Positions 35,930 through 61,950 of a stretch of 64,000 nucleotides of DNA are shown one piece after another; the first letter of the stretch is position 1; each line of letters opens with the position of its first letter. The notes below the pieces were generated by a model. That model did not search any database, was not told the origin of the DNA, and saw nothing but the letters and a program-made list of their open reading frames with translations. A program made the translations under genes and the position numbers. Origin of the DNA: Macrostomum lignano (taxonomy: Eukaryota); the NCBI GenBank assembly GCA_002269645.1, contig NIVC01003962.1, positions 3,487-67,486 of the forward strand, written 5' to 3'.

Positions 35930-37550
35930 ATGCTCCCAGAGTGTCAGTTGCTGGGCCAGCCTCCCAGAGTGTCAGTTGCTGGGCCAGCCTCCCATATCCT
36001 CAGTTGCTGGGCCAGCCTCCCAGAGTGTCAGTTGCTGGGCCAGCCTCCCAGATCCTCAGTTGCTGGGCTAGCCTCCCAGAGTGTCAGTTGCTGGGCCAGC
36101 CTCCCAGATCCTCAGTTGCTGGGCTAGCCTCCCAGATCCCCAGTTGCTGGGCCAGCCTCCCAGATCCTCAGTTGCTGGACCAGCCTCCCAGAGTGTCAGT
36201 TGCTGGGCCAGCCTCCCAGATCCTCAGTTGCTGGACCAGCCTCCCAGAGTGTCAGTTGCTGGGCCAGCCTCCCAGATCCTCAGTTGCTGGGCCAGCCTCC
36301 CAGAGTGTCAGTTGCTGGGCCAGCCTCCCAGATCCTCAGTTGCTGGGCCAGCCTCCCAGAGTGTAAGTTCCTGGGCCAGCCTCCCAGATCCTCAGTTGCT
36401 GGGCCAGCCTCCCAGAGTGTCAGTTGCTGGGCCAGCCTCCCAGATCCTCAGTTGCTGGGCCAGCCTCCCAGAGTGTAAGTTCCTGGGCCAGCCTCCCAGA
36501 TCCTCAGTTGCTGGGCCAGCCTCCCAGAGTGTCAGTTGCTGGGCCAGCCTCCCAGATCCTCAGTTGCTGGGCCAGCCTCCCAGAGTGTCAGTTGCTGGGC
36601 CAGCCTCCCAGATCCTCAGTTGCTGGGCCAGCCTCCCAGAGTGTCAGTTGCTGGGCCAGCCTCCCAGATCCTCAGTTGCTGGGCCAGCCTCCCAGAGTGT
36701 AAGTTCCTGGGCCAGCCTCCCAGATCCTCAGTTGCTGGGCCAGCCTCCCAGAGTGTCAGTTGCTGGGCCAGCCTCCCAGATCCTCAGTTGCTGGGCCAGC
36801 CTCCCAGAGTGTCAGTTGCTGGGCCAGCCTCCCAGATCCTCAGTTGCTGGGCCAGCCTCCCAGAGTGTCAGTTCCTGGGCCAGCCTCCCAGATCCTCAGT
36901 TGCTGGGCCAGCCTCCCAGAGTGTCAGTTGCTGGGCCAGCCTCCCAGAGTGTCAGTTGCTGGGCCAGCCTCCCAGATCCCCAGTTGCTGGGCCAGCTTCC
37001 CAGATCCTCAGTTGCTGGGCCAGCCTCCCAGAGTGTCAGTTGCTGGGCCAGCCTCCCAGATCCTCAGTTGCTGGGCCAGCCTCCCAGATCCTCAGTTGCT
37101 GGGCCAGCCTCCCAGATCCTCAGTTGCTGGGCCAGCCTCCCAGAGTGTCAGTTGCTGGGCCAGCCTCCCAGATCCCCAGTTGCTGGGCCAGCCTCCCAGA
37201 TCCTCAGTTGCTGGGCCAGCCTCCCAGATCCTCAGTTGCTGGGCCAGCCTCCCAGAGTGTCAGTTCCTGGGCCAGCCTCCCAGATCCTCAGTTGCTGGGC
37301 CAGCCTCCCAGATCCTCAGTTGCTGGGCCAGCCTCCCAGAGTGTCAGTTGCTGGGCCAGCCTTCCAGATCCCCAGTTGCTGGGCCAGCTTCCCAGATCCT
37401 CAGTTGGTTGCTGGGCCAGCTTCCCAGATCCTCAGTTGGTTGCTAGGCCAGCTTCCCAGATCCTCAGTTGGTTGCTAGGCCAGCTTCCCAGATCCTCAGT
37501 TGGTTGCTGGGCCAGCTAGCTTCCTAGATCCTCAATTGCTGGGCCAGCCT
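35930..37550. repeat. 28-bp minisatellite (CCTCCCAGAGTGTCAGTTGCTGGGCCAG), intergenic
   Basis: Directly visible. Confidence 0.96.
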
Positions 37551-37868
37551 TATGTGATTCTGCCTTTTTACCAGATATTTTAAATTTTATGTTTTGGCAT
37601 CTAAAATAACCACTTTTTGCCATAGAAGTTGTCAGAATTCAACTTTATTGTGAACTAAAATAACAATAAATTTAGCACTAATAAAAAATAATTTTCTGTT
37701 GCAAAAGCTCAGTTAGTGAGACACTAAAGACATACAAAGTATATTAAACAACCTGTAAGCCATTCAACAGACTCCGTCATCCAATTCTGGCTAGTACATT
37801 ATTTCAACATCGAACAAATTAATTTGTGTCTGTAAATAACCGAACGCAGACGAGAGATTTTAAGAAGC

Positions 37869-40800
37869 ATGTCAAAGTTTAACGTTGACAAGATAACCGT
37901 TAGTCAGACCCAGTGCTTTTTTGATAACAAAACTGGTACGAAAGTGTATGAGAAGCCGAGTCTGATGCAGTATGAGAGTCAGCACTTCAAGTGCAAAGCG
38001 ATTATTGAGTTGGAGGAGTGCGTTGCCGACCGGAACTGGACAATCGGACTCATTCAGGTAAGTTTCGAATTTTGTGATAATAAGTTACAGGTAATTGCGT
38101 GTCTGATTATTACCGTGTCTAACAGGTTTGATGGTGATGATTCCCGTGTCTAACAGGTTTGATGGTGATGATTCCCGTGTCTAACAGGTTTGATGGTGAT
38201 GATTTCCGTGTCTGACAGGTTCGATGATTCCCGCGTCTAACAGGTTTGATGGTGATTCCCGCGTCTAACAGGTTTGATGATGATTCCCGCGTCTAACAGG
38301 TTTGATGATGATTATTAACGTGTCTAACAGGTTTGATGGTGATGAATCCCGTGTCTAACAGGTTTGATGGTGATTCCCGCGTCTAACAGGTTTGATGATG
38401 ATTATTAACGTGTCTAACAGGTTTGATGGTGATGATTTCCGTGTCTAACAGGTTTGATGGTGATGATTCCCGTGTCTGACAGGTTCGATGATTCCCGCGT
38501 CTAACAGGTTTGATGGTGATTCCCGCGTCTAACAGGTTTGATGATGATTATTAACGTGTCTAACAGGTTTGATGGTGATGATTCCCGTGTCTAACAGGTT
38601 TGATGGTGATGATTCCCGTGTCTGACAGGTTCGATGATTCCCGCGTCTAACAGGTTTGATGGTGATTCCCGCGTCTAACAGGTTTGATGATGATTATTAA
38701 CGTGTCTAACAGGTTTGATGGTGATGATTCCCGTGTCTAACAGGTTTGATGGTGATGATTTCCGTGTCTGACAGGTTCGATGATTCCCGCGTCTAACAGG
38801 TTTGATGGTGATTCCCGCGTCTAACAGGTTTGATGATGATTATTAACGTGTCTAACAGGTTTGATGGTGATGATTCCCGTGTCTAACAGGTTTGATGGTG
38901 ATGATTCCCGTGTCTGACAGGTTCGATGATTCCCGCGTCTAACAGGTTTGATGGTGATTCCCGCGTCTAACAGGTTTGATGATGATTATTAACGTGTCTA
39001 ACAGGTTTGATGGTGATGATTCCCGTGTCTGACAGGTTCGATGATTCCCGCGTCTAACAGGTTTGATGGTGATTCCCGCGTCTAACAGGTTTGATGATGA
39101 TTATTAACGTGTCTAACAGGTTTGATGGTGATGATTCCCGTGTCTAACAGGTTTGATGGTGATGATTTCCGTGTCTGACAGGTTCGATGATTCCCGTGTC
39201 TAACAGGTTTGATGGTGATGATTTCCGTGTCTGACAGGTTCGATGATTCCCGCGTCTAACAGGTTTGATGGTGATGATTCCCGTGTCTAACAGGCTTGAT
39301 GATGATTATTACCGTATCTAACAGGTTTGATGGTGATGATTCCCGCGTCTAACAGGTTTGATGGTGATGATTCCCGTGTCTAACAGGTTTGATGATTCGC
39401 ATCTGGACTGAAGGCTGCGTACGGCTGTTCAGTCCAAGGACTGGGGGGTCGCCACACACCCTCAATTACCCCAGCTATGCTGGCACCCATTTTACAGCTG
39501 GGTGAACTGAAGCAATGCAGAGTTAAGTGTCCTGCCCAAAGACACAGATTGTTGTTCCTAGTGGGTTAAGAATCGAACCCCAGACCTTTCAGTCGTGAGT
39601 CCGGTCCGATGCTCTGACCACTAGGCTAAAACCGCCGTGTCTAACTCCCCGTGTTATGTTCCATTATTACTCAAGTAATTTGGGAGAAGTAGACTGAAGA
39701 TTTTTCCTTCTATATTTATCCAGTTTTGTACTTTTACACTCTATCAGTGACAGAAGCTTCAGTGTGTCTAACCGATTGATAAATTCTAACACCTACAACC
39801 CGCCCGCAGGCCTGCGACAGCATGTACCTGGAGAACCGCTACGGCCGGCACGGCAGCTCATTCTGGGAGTTTCATCCCATCAAGTCCGGCCGGCACCGGA
39901 TGGTTAACGACAGCGACGGCCGGCAGTATCCTTTCTACAGCGTCACCTCCAGCAAGTGCGAGGTCACCCGGGGAGCCGTGCACAATTGCGTAGTGAAGCT
40001 GCAGTACGCCGATCACTTCTATCCCACCGTGGTCTGGGAGCTGCCCTACTGCGGCGGGGCCAAGCTTACTGAGGTTATTCGCAGACAGGACTTCTGGATC
40101 TGGCTGGTGAGATCCTGGATGCCGGCGCATTACATCTCTCACCTCATATCTCACCCCATATCTCACCCTATATCTCACCCCATCTCTCACCCACTCTCTC
40201 ACGCCATCTCTCACCCCATCTCTCACCCCATCTCTCACCTGATGTCTCAATGCATCTCTCACCGATCTCTCACCCCATCTCTCATTTCATATCTCACCTG
40301 ATCTCCCACTCATATTTCACCCCATGTCTCATCCACTCTCTCACCCACTCTCTCACGCCATCTCTCACCCCATCTCTCACCCACTCTCTCAGGCCATCTT
40401 TCACCCCATCTCTCACCTGATGTCTCAACGCATCTCTCACCGATCTCTCACCCCATCTCTCATTTCATATCTCACCTGATCTCCCACTCATATTTCACCC
40501 CATGTCTCATCCACTCTCTCACCCACTCTCTCACGCCATCTCTCACCCCATCTCTCACCCACTCTCTCACTCCATCTCTCATTTCATATCTCACCTCATC
40601 TCTCACCCACTCTCTCACGCCATCTCTCACCCCCTCTCATCCCATTTCAGACTCCATCTTTCACCTCATCTCTCACCCCATATCTCATCCAGTCTCTCAT
40701 TCCATCTCTCATCCCATCTTTCATCCCAACTCTCATCTCATCTCTCATTCCATCTCTCATCCCAACTCTCATCCCATCTCTCATTTCATATCTCATCTTG

Positions 40801-41598
40801 TCTCCCACCCCATTTCTCACCCCATCTCCCATTCAAAAATCTTATCGGATATCTCATTAATAGCTCCCGATCAAACATCCCATAGCACATCCCATCCCAC
40901 AGGTAGCCGTGAGGCGCGCCGGCCACTACAACCGAGGCAACGACGTGTTCCACGTTGGCAAAGACGAGTTGTACATCCTGCGCAGCATGCGCTGGCACTA
41001 CTGCCTGCACATGCGGTTCGACCCAGATGAACGCGTTGGCAACCGCCTGCGCTCGGTGGCTGACCGTCAAGTCGAAGAGCCGAGCATCCTGCTGCACTCT
41101 GACGAGCCGGTGCCCCTGTCGGCTGTGCACCCGCCTCACTGCAACGCGGCCCAGTCGCTAATCTGGTATCCCAGAGTGCGCACCGGACATCACAAACCCG
41201 AACTGCTGGTGCCGCCTCGGCAGGCCATCGTGCCCTGGGACCGCTGGTCCGCAGAGATGCTGCCCGGACTGTCGCCTCGGCCGCAGCGGCCCCGAGAGCT
41301 GCGCGTCTGTCCGCTGTGGTCCAAGGACTCCGACATCGGCGTGGCGCCCGCAAAGGTTCAACAGCCGCTGCCATCATCGGAGACATCGCCAGCCGCTCTG
41401 GCGGAGAACCCCATGGCCGAACGTCTGCTTCGAGCTCACAAGAAGCGATGGCAATTCTTGAAAGGCGACGGTTTCGCTGGCAACAGTCGGGCAAAGAGTA
41501 AATTGTTGCTCAACTCCACAGATTCTTCCGGGTTGGCCATGTCCATCAAGCAGGCGGCTGCTGCTGCGGCGGCTGCTGCCGCTGCTTCCGTTGTCTGA
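37869..41598 (+). CDS. FAM78: FAM78-family protein; 3 exons: 37869-38057, 39810-40106, 40903-41598 (393 aa)
   Basis: Phase-0 GT-AG introns. Motifs matching FAM78A/B: Y.S.HFK..A, WTIGLIQAC, NRYG..GSS.WE, NDSDG.QYPFY, DHFYPTVVW, LT.V.R.Q.F..WLV, HCNAAQ.LIWYP, LLVPP. Confidence 0.85.
38115..39395. repeat. 25-31-bp minisatellite (GTGTCTAACAGGTTTGATGGTGATGATTCCC) with higher-order structure, FAM78 intron 1
   Basis: Directly visible; unit variants differ mainly by GAT triplets. Confidence 0.95.
39400..39636 (-). mobile_element. tRNA-derived CORE-like SINE, copy C
   Basis: The reverse complement has A box TAGCCTAGTGG and B box GGTTCGATTC, then GTGTCTTTGGGCAGGACACTTAAC..CAGCTGTAAAATGGGT. Confidence 0.75.
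40130..40850. repeat. ~12-bp (TCTCACCCCATC)-type repeat, FAM78 intron 2
   Basis: Directly visible. Confidence 0.92.
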
Positions 41599-41999
41599 CG
41601 ATGCTTCTGGGCCCAGGATGGACAGACGATTTTTGGTGCATCATTTTTTTTCTCAAGCCGAAGCAAAAAATAAGTTTCAATTGTTTGCTTCGTTCAATTT
41701 TTTTTGCTGCATTTTTTCTTGAATAAGTAATGGAAAACTGCTTTAAATGCTTGTTTTGCTGCGTCAGCTTTCACCGAAAGATATATATGTAATCATATTT
41801 TCCCGTTTAAATATTGACCATCAGCAAGTCAAACAGATTTGACCCTCTACTTGGGTTTGGGCCAAAATGTTCCGGTCTGATCTACAACTGATGGACTGGC
41901 GTGTTGCTTTCTCTGCGATTTTGTCTCCTATTGTTTCTCTCCTTCCAGAGCAGTTCTTCAACTTTCATCCGCCTGCTCCTGCCCTCTGTCTGCCCGCTC

Positions 42000-42270
42000 T
42001 CCGCTCCCTGGTCTCTCCCTCTCCCTTCTCCCCTCCTTCTCTCCCTTTCCCCTCTCCCCCTCCTTCTCTCCCTCTCCCCTCTCCCCCTCCTTCTCTCCCT
42101 CTCCCTTCTCCCCTCCTTCTCTTCCTCTCCCCTCCTTCTCTCCCTCTCCCCTCTCCCCCTCCTTCTCTCCCTCTCCCCTCTCCCCCTCCTTTTCTCCCTC
42201 TCCTTCCCCCCCTATCCCCTTTTTCCCTCTCTACCTCCCCCCCCTCTCTCTCTCTCTCTCTACCTACCTA
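42000..42270. repeat. CT-rich low-complexity repeat
   Basis: Directly visible. Confidence 0.9.
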
Positions 42271-43046
42271 CCTATCTCCATCTTTTTCATTCACGAGTAT
42301 ACAACCTTTTTGCACTCATTCACCCCGCATCAGATCCTAGGCGCCGATCAACTACAACGAGACGGCGCCTCCTGTATTTAAAGACACTTAATTTTTAATA
42401 ATAATAAAGTCTGTAAAATGGCTGTAATAATGAATCACTTGCAGAGAGAGTTACACTGGGCAACTCGCAAGTGAAGCTTCCTTCTGTTCATTGTGAATTA
42501 CAGAAGCAGCAAGCAGCAACCCCACTCCCACTCGCTAAACAATGACTCGGCATAATGGCAGGAACCAGTTTCGGGTGCGCGAAACCCGGCACACAAGACA
42601 GTCGGGGGATTAAGCGGCCGGGGATTTCCGCGGGCAGACAGACACAGACTGGGAAGTATGGGGCATGGCAATATAAATTTGAACAAACACGCACACAAAG
42701 CTTTTATAACTTTCTAACTCCAGATGCTAGCTATAATTAAAAGTCCCTGAACTATAGGAATCCATTTATAACCCAACCCCCTCCACCTTTGCTGGTTTTG
42801 TGCTGCACGCAGTTCCCTCTGGCCGATTGGGTCGGGATCCGTTTCACTGTACTCAGAAGTGAGTATGCATGCATAACCGCGTATGAAACGCTCGATACTT
42901 TTTCAATTTTTTTTCGCAATGAGGCCAACTAACTGAAAGTCGCATTTTAACAATTTGGTAAGTCTTGAATTCTTATAACAATTATAATTGTCTTTTCAAA
43001 AATTTAAACAAAGTGCAGAAAAATACATTTCGGTAAGAGCGGAACA

Positions 43047-43870
43047 TGAATCTGATGGCGCCAAAATGAATCAGATGGCGCCAAAATGAATCTGATGGCG
43101 CCAAAATCAATCTGATGGCGCCAAAATGAATTAGAATGGCGCCAAAGTGAATCTGACGGCGCCAAAATGAATCTGATGGCGCCAAAACGAATCAGATGGC
43201 GCAAAAATGAATTAGAATGGCGCCAAAATAAATCTGATAGCGCCAAAATAATCAGATGGCGCCGAAACGAATCAGATGACGCCAAAATGAATCTGATGAC
43301 GCCAAAAGGAATCAGATGGCGCCAAACTGAATCTGATGGCGCCAAAATGAATCAGATGGCGCCAAAATGAATCAGATGGCGCCAAAATGAATCAGATGGC
43401 GCCAAACTGAATCTGATGGCGCCAAAATGAATTAGATGGCGCCAAAATGAATTAGAATGGCGCCAAAATGAATCAGATGGCGCCAAACTGAATCTGATGG
43501 CGCCAAAATGACTCTGATGGCGCCAAAACGAATCTGATGGCGCCAAAATGAATTAGATAGCGCCAAAATGAATCAGATGGCGCCAAAAAAATCAGATGGC
43601 GCCAGAACTAATTAGAAACGCGCCAAAATGAATCAGATGGAGCCAAAATGAATCAGATGGCGCCAAAATGAATCAGATGGCGCCAAAATGAATCAGATGG
43701 CGCCAAAATAAATCAGATGGCGCCAAAATGAATCTGATGGCGTCAAAAACAATCCGATGGCGCCAGAACTAATTAGAAAGGCGTCAAAATGAAATCTGAT
43801 GGCGCCAAAATGAATCAGATGGCGCCAAAACGAATTAGAATGGCGTCAAAATGAGTTTAAGGCGCCAAAA
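43047..43870. repeat. 20-bp minisatellite (ATGGCGCCAAAATGAATCAG)
   Basis: Directly visible, ~40 copies. Confidence 0.95.
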
Positions 43871-44352
43871 ACATGTCTTAGGTAGCGGTGATTAAGAAAG
43901 CATTGACTCACCAGCATGCATAATCTACTCTCTACAGATTTAAACTCACACCGTATCCCCTGTCTGCGCTGTAGAAATACGAATAAAGAAGTTAACACGC
44001 TAAGTAAACAGCAAGCCATGCACAGATTTGCGTTTTCGTCCTTTCGATCAAAAAAATCTGTTCTAACAATCTGCTTCAGTCCCAGTGTTTCACAGTTCCT
44101 GCAGCTGCGACCGCTTATTCTAGATTAGCTGAGTTCGGGTGAGTCAACACTTACAGCTGAGTGGCTTTTGGACTGCAATAAGCTCTCTGCAGTACAGTTC
44201 TAGGCACCGGATGTTGGGCAGTCCCAGCAGTGCTTGCGATTTAACTGCCAAAATTGCCGACTAGAATGCAGAATTTTATTTTATGTGAAACCGCTTGATA
44301 GGAATGAAAAAAATATTGTCGGGTTTTGTGGTTAAAATTTTGGATACGGACC

Positions 44353-44716
<364 letters not shown>

Positions 44717-44899
44717 GCATCCGTAAACACCATTTTTTTTATTGGAGGCAGGAGGGTTGTGTGCACCCTGGCGCACTTTAAGCGACACGCACACAACCGG
44801 CGAGAGGCATTACTGCCCATTCCTCTGAGCAGGCATACAAGCGCGCGGATACGTACGCAGGCACACACTCCCACACAGGAGTGTACAGCGGCCCTAACT

Positions 44900-45084
44900 T
44901 TATAATATCGTTAGGCATGTACACTTCACTGCGCCTTGGGGGGGTTGACTCTCAAGGCCGTTAATTGCACGAGCAGAGCCAAGCCGAGATTCCAATTCAG
45001 CCCCAAATTAATGTGACTGCACTTGGAATCGAGCCTGGGTCGCTGGCACACCAGAGCCTTCGCTACCGCTGGGCTACGGCCCCC
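44900..45084 (-). mobile_element. Second tRNA-derived SINE-like element
   Basis: The reverse complement begins GGGGCCGTAGCCCAGCGGTAGCG (A box) ... CCCAGGCTCGATTCC (B box). The left boundary is approximate. Confidence 0.5.
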
Positions 45085-45158
45085 CAGTAAACACCATAAC
45101 ACCATAACATAACATCAGTAAAACCATAAAATTTCAGAGGTTATAATCCACCGTCTCT

Positions 45159-59436
<14,278 letters not shown>

Positions 59437-59499
59437 CTCTGGACTCTAACCTTTTGTTTATTTACGAGTAGATTAAGTGATTGATATGCGATTTCAACA

Positions 59500-59668
59500 G
59501 ACGATGACTCATTCTGTTTGACAGGCAATGACTCATTCTGTCTGACAGGTGATGACTCATTCTGTGTGACAGGTGATGACTCATTCTGTCTGACAGGTGA
59601 TGACTCATTCTGTCTGACAGGTGATGACTCATTCTGTCTGACAGGTGATGACTCATTCTGTCTGACAG
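59500..59668. repeat. 24-bp minisatellite (GACAGGTGATGACTCATTCTGTCT), probable MFSD2 3' UTR
   Basis: About 7 copies visible. Confidence 0.9.
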
Positions 59669-60119
59669 CAAACAAACTACAATAGTGACTTGTTACGTGT
59701 AAACCACGGTATAGGAAATGTTAATTTACTCTTCCAAATTTTAGCATGTTTTCAGATTGCTGTTAAATTCATACTATTGAAATTGCACATAAACTGGTGT
59801 TATTTAACTATTTTTAGTACAGCTGTCAACAAATATATTACAGGAGGGCCAAATTTATAAATTTCGTAACGAGTATGCAAAGCTTCTGAGATATGCGGTA
59901 AATTATACGGCATTACACTGCACTTGTTACTGCAAGTAGGCTCTGCGTAGATACTGAATATTAATGAAAATATTGATGGGTGATAGGCATTTTTCACGGA
60001 AAAAAGAGCTGAAATTAACGAAATAGATATTTTCCTGTTTTTGGCTGTTTAGCGCTGCTGACACCCTGTGTTTGGGACATCTGATATAATGTTGCTTTAA
60101 TATATGCATCTCACACGCT

Positions 60120-60645
60120 GGGTTTGGTGTTCCTGTCATCCTTGATTTAATGTTCTGTCCACCCTGGGTTTGGTGTTCCTGTCACTCTGGGTTTGGTGTT
60201 CCTGTCACCCTGGGTTTGGTGTTCCTGTCACCCTGTGTTTGGTGTTCCTGTCACCCTGTGTTTGGTGTTCCTGTCACCCTGTGTTTGGTGTTCCTGTCCA
60301 CCCTGGGTTTGGTGTTCCTGTCACTCTGGGTTTGGTGTTCCTGTCACTCTGGGTTTGGTGTTCCTGTCACCCTGGGTTTGGTGTTCCTGTCACCCTGGGT
60401 TTGGTGTTCCTGTCACCCTGGGTTTGGTGTTCCTGTCACCCTGTGTTTGGTGTTCCTGTCACCCTGTGTTTGGTGTTCCTGTCCACCCTGGGTTTGGTGT
60501 TCCTGTCACTCTGGGTTTGGTGTTCCTGTCACTCTGGGTTTGGTGTTCCTGTCACTCTGGGTTTGGTGTTCCTGTCACCCTGGGTTTGGTGTTCCTGTCA
60601 CTCTGGGTTTGGTGTTCCTGTCACCCTGGGTTTGGTGTTCCTGTC
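60120..60645. repeat. 23-bp minisatellite (GGGTTTGGTGTTCCTGTCACCCT)
   Basis: Directly visible. Confidence 0.95.
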
Positions 60646-61140
60646 AAGTGCTCCGCGCACTTCGCGCAAGTCTTTCTTCAGGCTGGGCATCGGCCGCTTG
60701 GGTGCTTTTGGCTAACAGAAATTGCGCTGCTTTTCGGCACTTCGGTTCTTGTCGACGCTGTCGATGCTGCTGGGACTGGCTGCTCAGCTGGGTTGCTAAA
60801 GCTGGTTGACGACTGCTTGGCCTGATCGGAGCTGCTGTACTGCTGGATGAGCTCCAGCTGTTGAACATATTCGACACAGGTATCCAGCTTGACAGCTGCG
60901 GCAGCGCTCTGGATGAACTCGAGAATCTTGGCTCGATGCTGCATGTTCTGCAGTCCGCTGATCAGCATCGTCTGAATTCGCAGTAACTGGAGGCATCCCT
61001 GAGGCGCTGTGGAAATTGCTGGATCGATTCGCCAGTCTCTTGCCGAAGTGACATGAATCTGGACCTCTCCGCAATGACCAGCCTTTTCTTAGGTGCCACC
61101 TTCCCCATGATCAGTTTGCGAATGTCTGCTGAGTGCGTCG
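60640..61140 (-). mobile_element. Decayed Ty3/Gypsy LTR-retrotransposon gag relic (frameshift plus stop)
   Basis: One frame reads PKKRLVIAERSRFMSLRQETGESIQQFPQRLRDASSYCEF, the gag F..L.Q...ES...RL...A..CEF pattern. After a frameshift it reads MLISGLQNMQHRAKILEF..LDTCVEYVQQLE, then the zinc-knuckle remnant HPSGRCPA*RKTCAKC. Confidence 0.6.
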
Positions 61141-61274
61141 AGCCACGTCTCAGTCATGGCTGGATCGTTTAGTGGCAGGTGCTTGCGACGCCATTGTCGT
61201 GCCGTGTATTTGGCAAAATTCATAGATCTATTTCACTTTGCAAACAGCCTATTTAATGATAACATGAGCTGTGG

Positions 61275-61950
61275 GGGTTGATAGATCAATAACAAAATAG
61301 GCCACGTGATGACAATTACCATAGGGGAGTTGATAGATCAATAACAAAATAGGACACCTGATGACAATTACTACAGCGGAGTTGATAGATCAATAACAAA
61401 ATAGGACACGACGTGATGACAATTACTACAGGGGAGTTGATAGATCAATAACAAAATAGGACACGTGATGACAATTACTACAGGGGAGTTGATAGATCGA
61501 TAACAAAATAGGACACCTGATGACAATTACTACAGCGGAGTTGATAGATCAATAACAAAATAGGACACGTGATGACAATTACTACAGGGGAGTTGATAGA
61601 TCGATAACAAAATAGGACACGTGATGACAATTACTACAGGGGAGTTGATAGATCGATAACAAAATAGGACACGTGATGACAATTACTACAGGGGAGTTGA
61701 TAGATCAATAACAAAATAGGACACGTGATGACAATTACTACGGGGGGTTGATAGATCAATAACAAAATAGGACACGTGATGACAATTACTAAAGGGGGGG
61801 TTGATAGATCGATAACAAAATAGGACACGTGATGACAATTACTACAGGGGAGTTGATAGATCGATAACAAAATAGGACACGTGATGACACTTACTACAGG
61901 GGTTCCATAGATCAATAACAAAATAGGACACGTGATGACAATTACTACTT
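61275..61950. repeat. 52-bp tandem repeat (GTTGATAGATCAATAACAAAATAGGACACGTGATGACAATTACTACAGGGGA), ~13 copies
   Basis: Directly visible. Confidence 0.95.

Noticed and set aside
35737-37519. Long ORFs of 209-465 aa (WASLPDPQLLGQPPR repeats)
   Set aside because: Products of the 28-bp minisatellite, open in several frames.
40786-41666. Antisense ORFs of 117 and 207 aa over FAM78 exon 3
   Set aside because: Shadow ORFs of GC-rich coding sequence with no recognisable motifs.
61275-61950. 52-bp repeat as a possible CRISPR array
   Set aside because: Head-to-tail identical units with no spacers.
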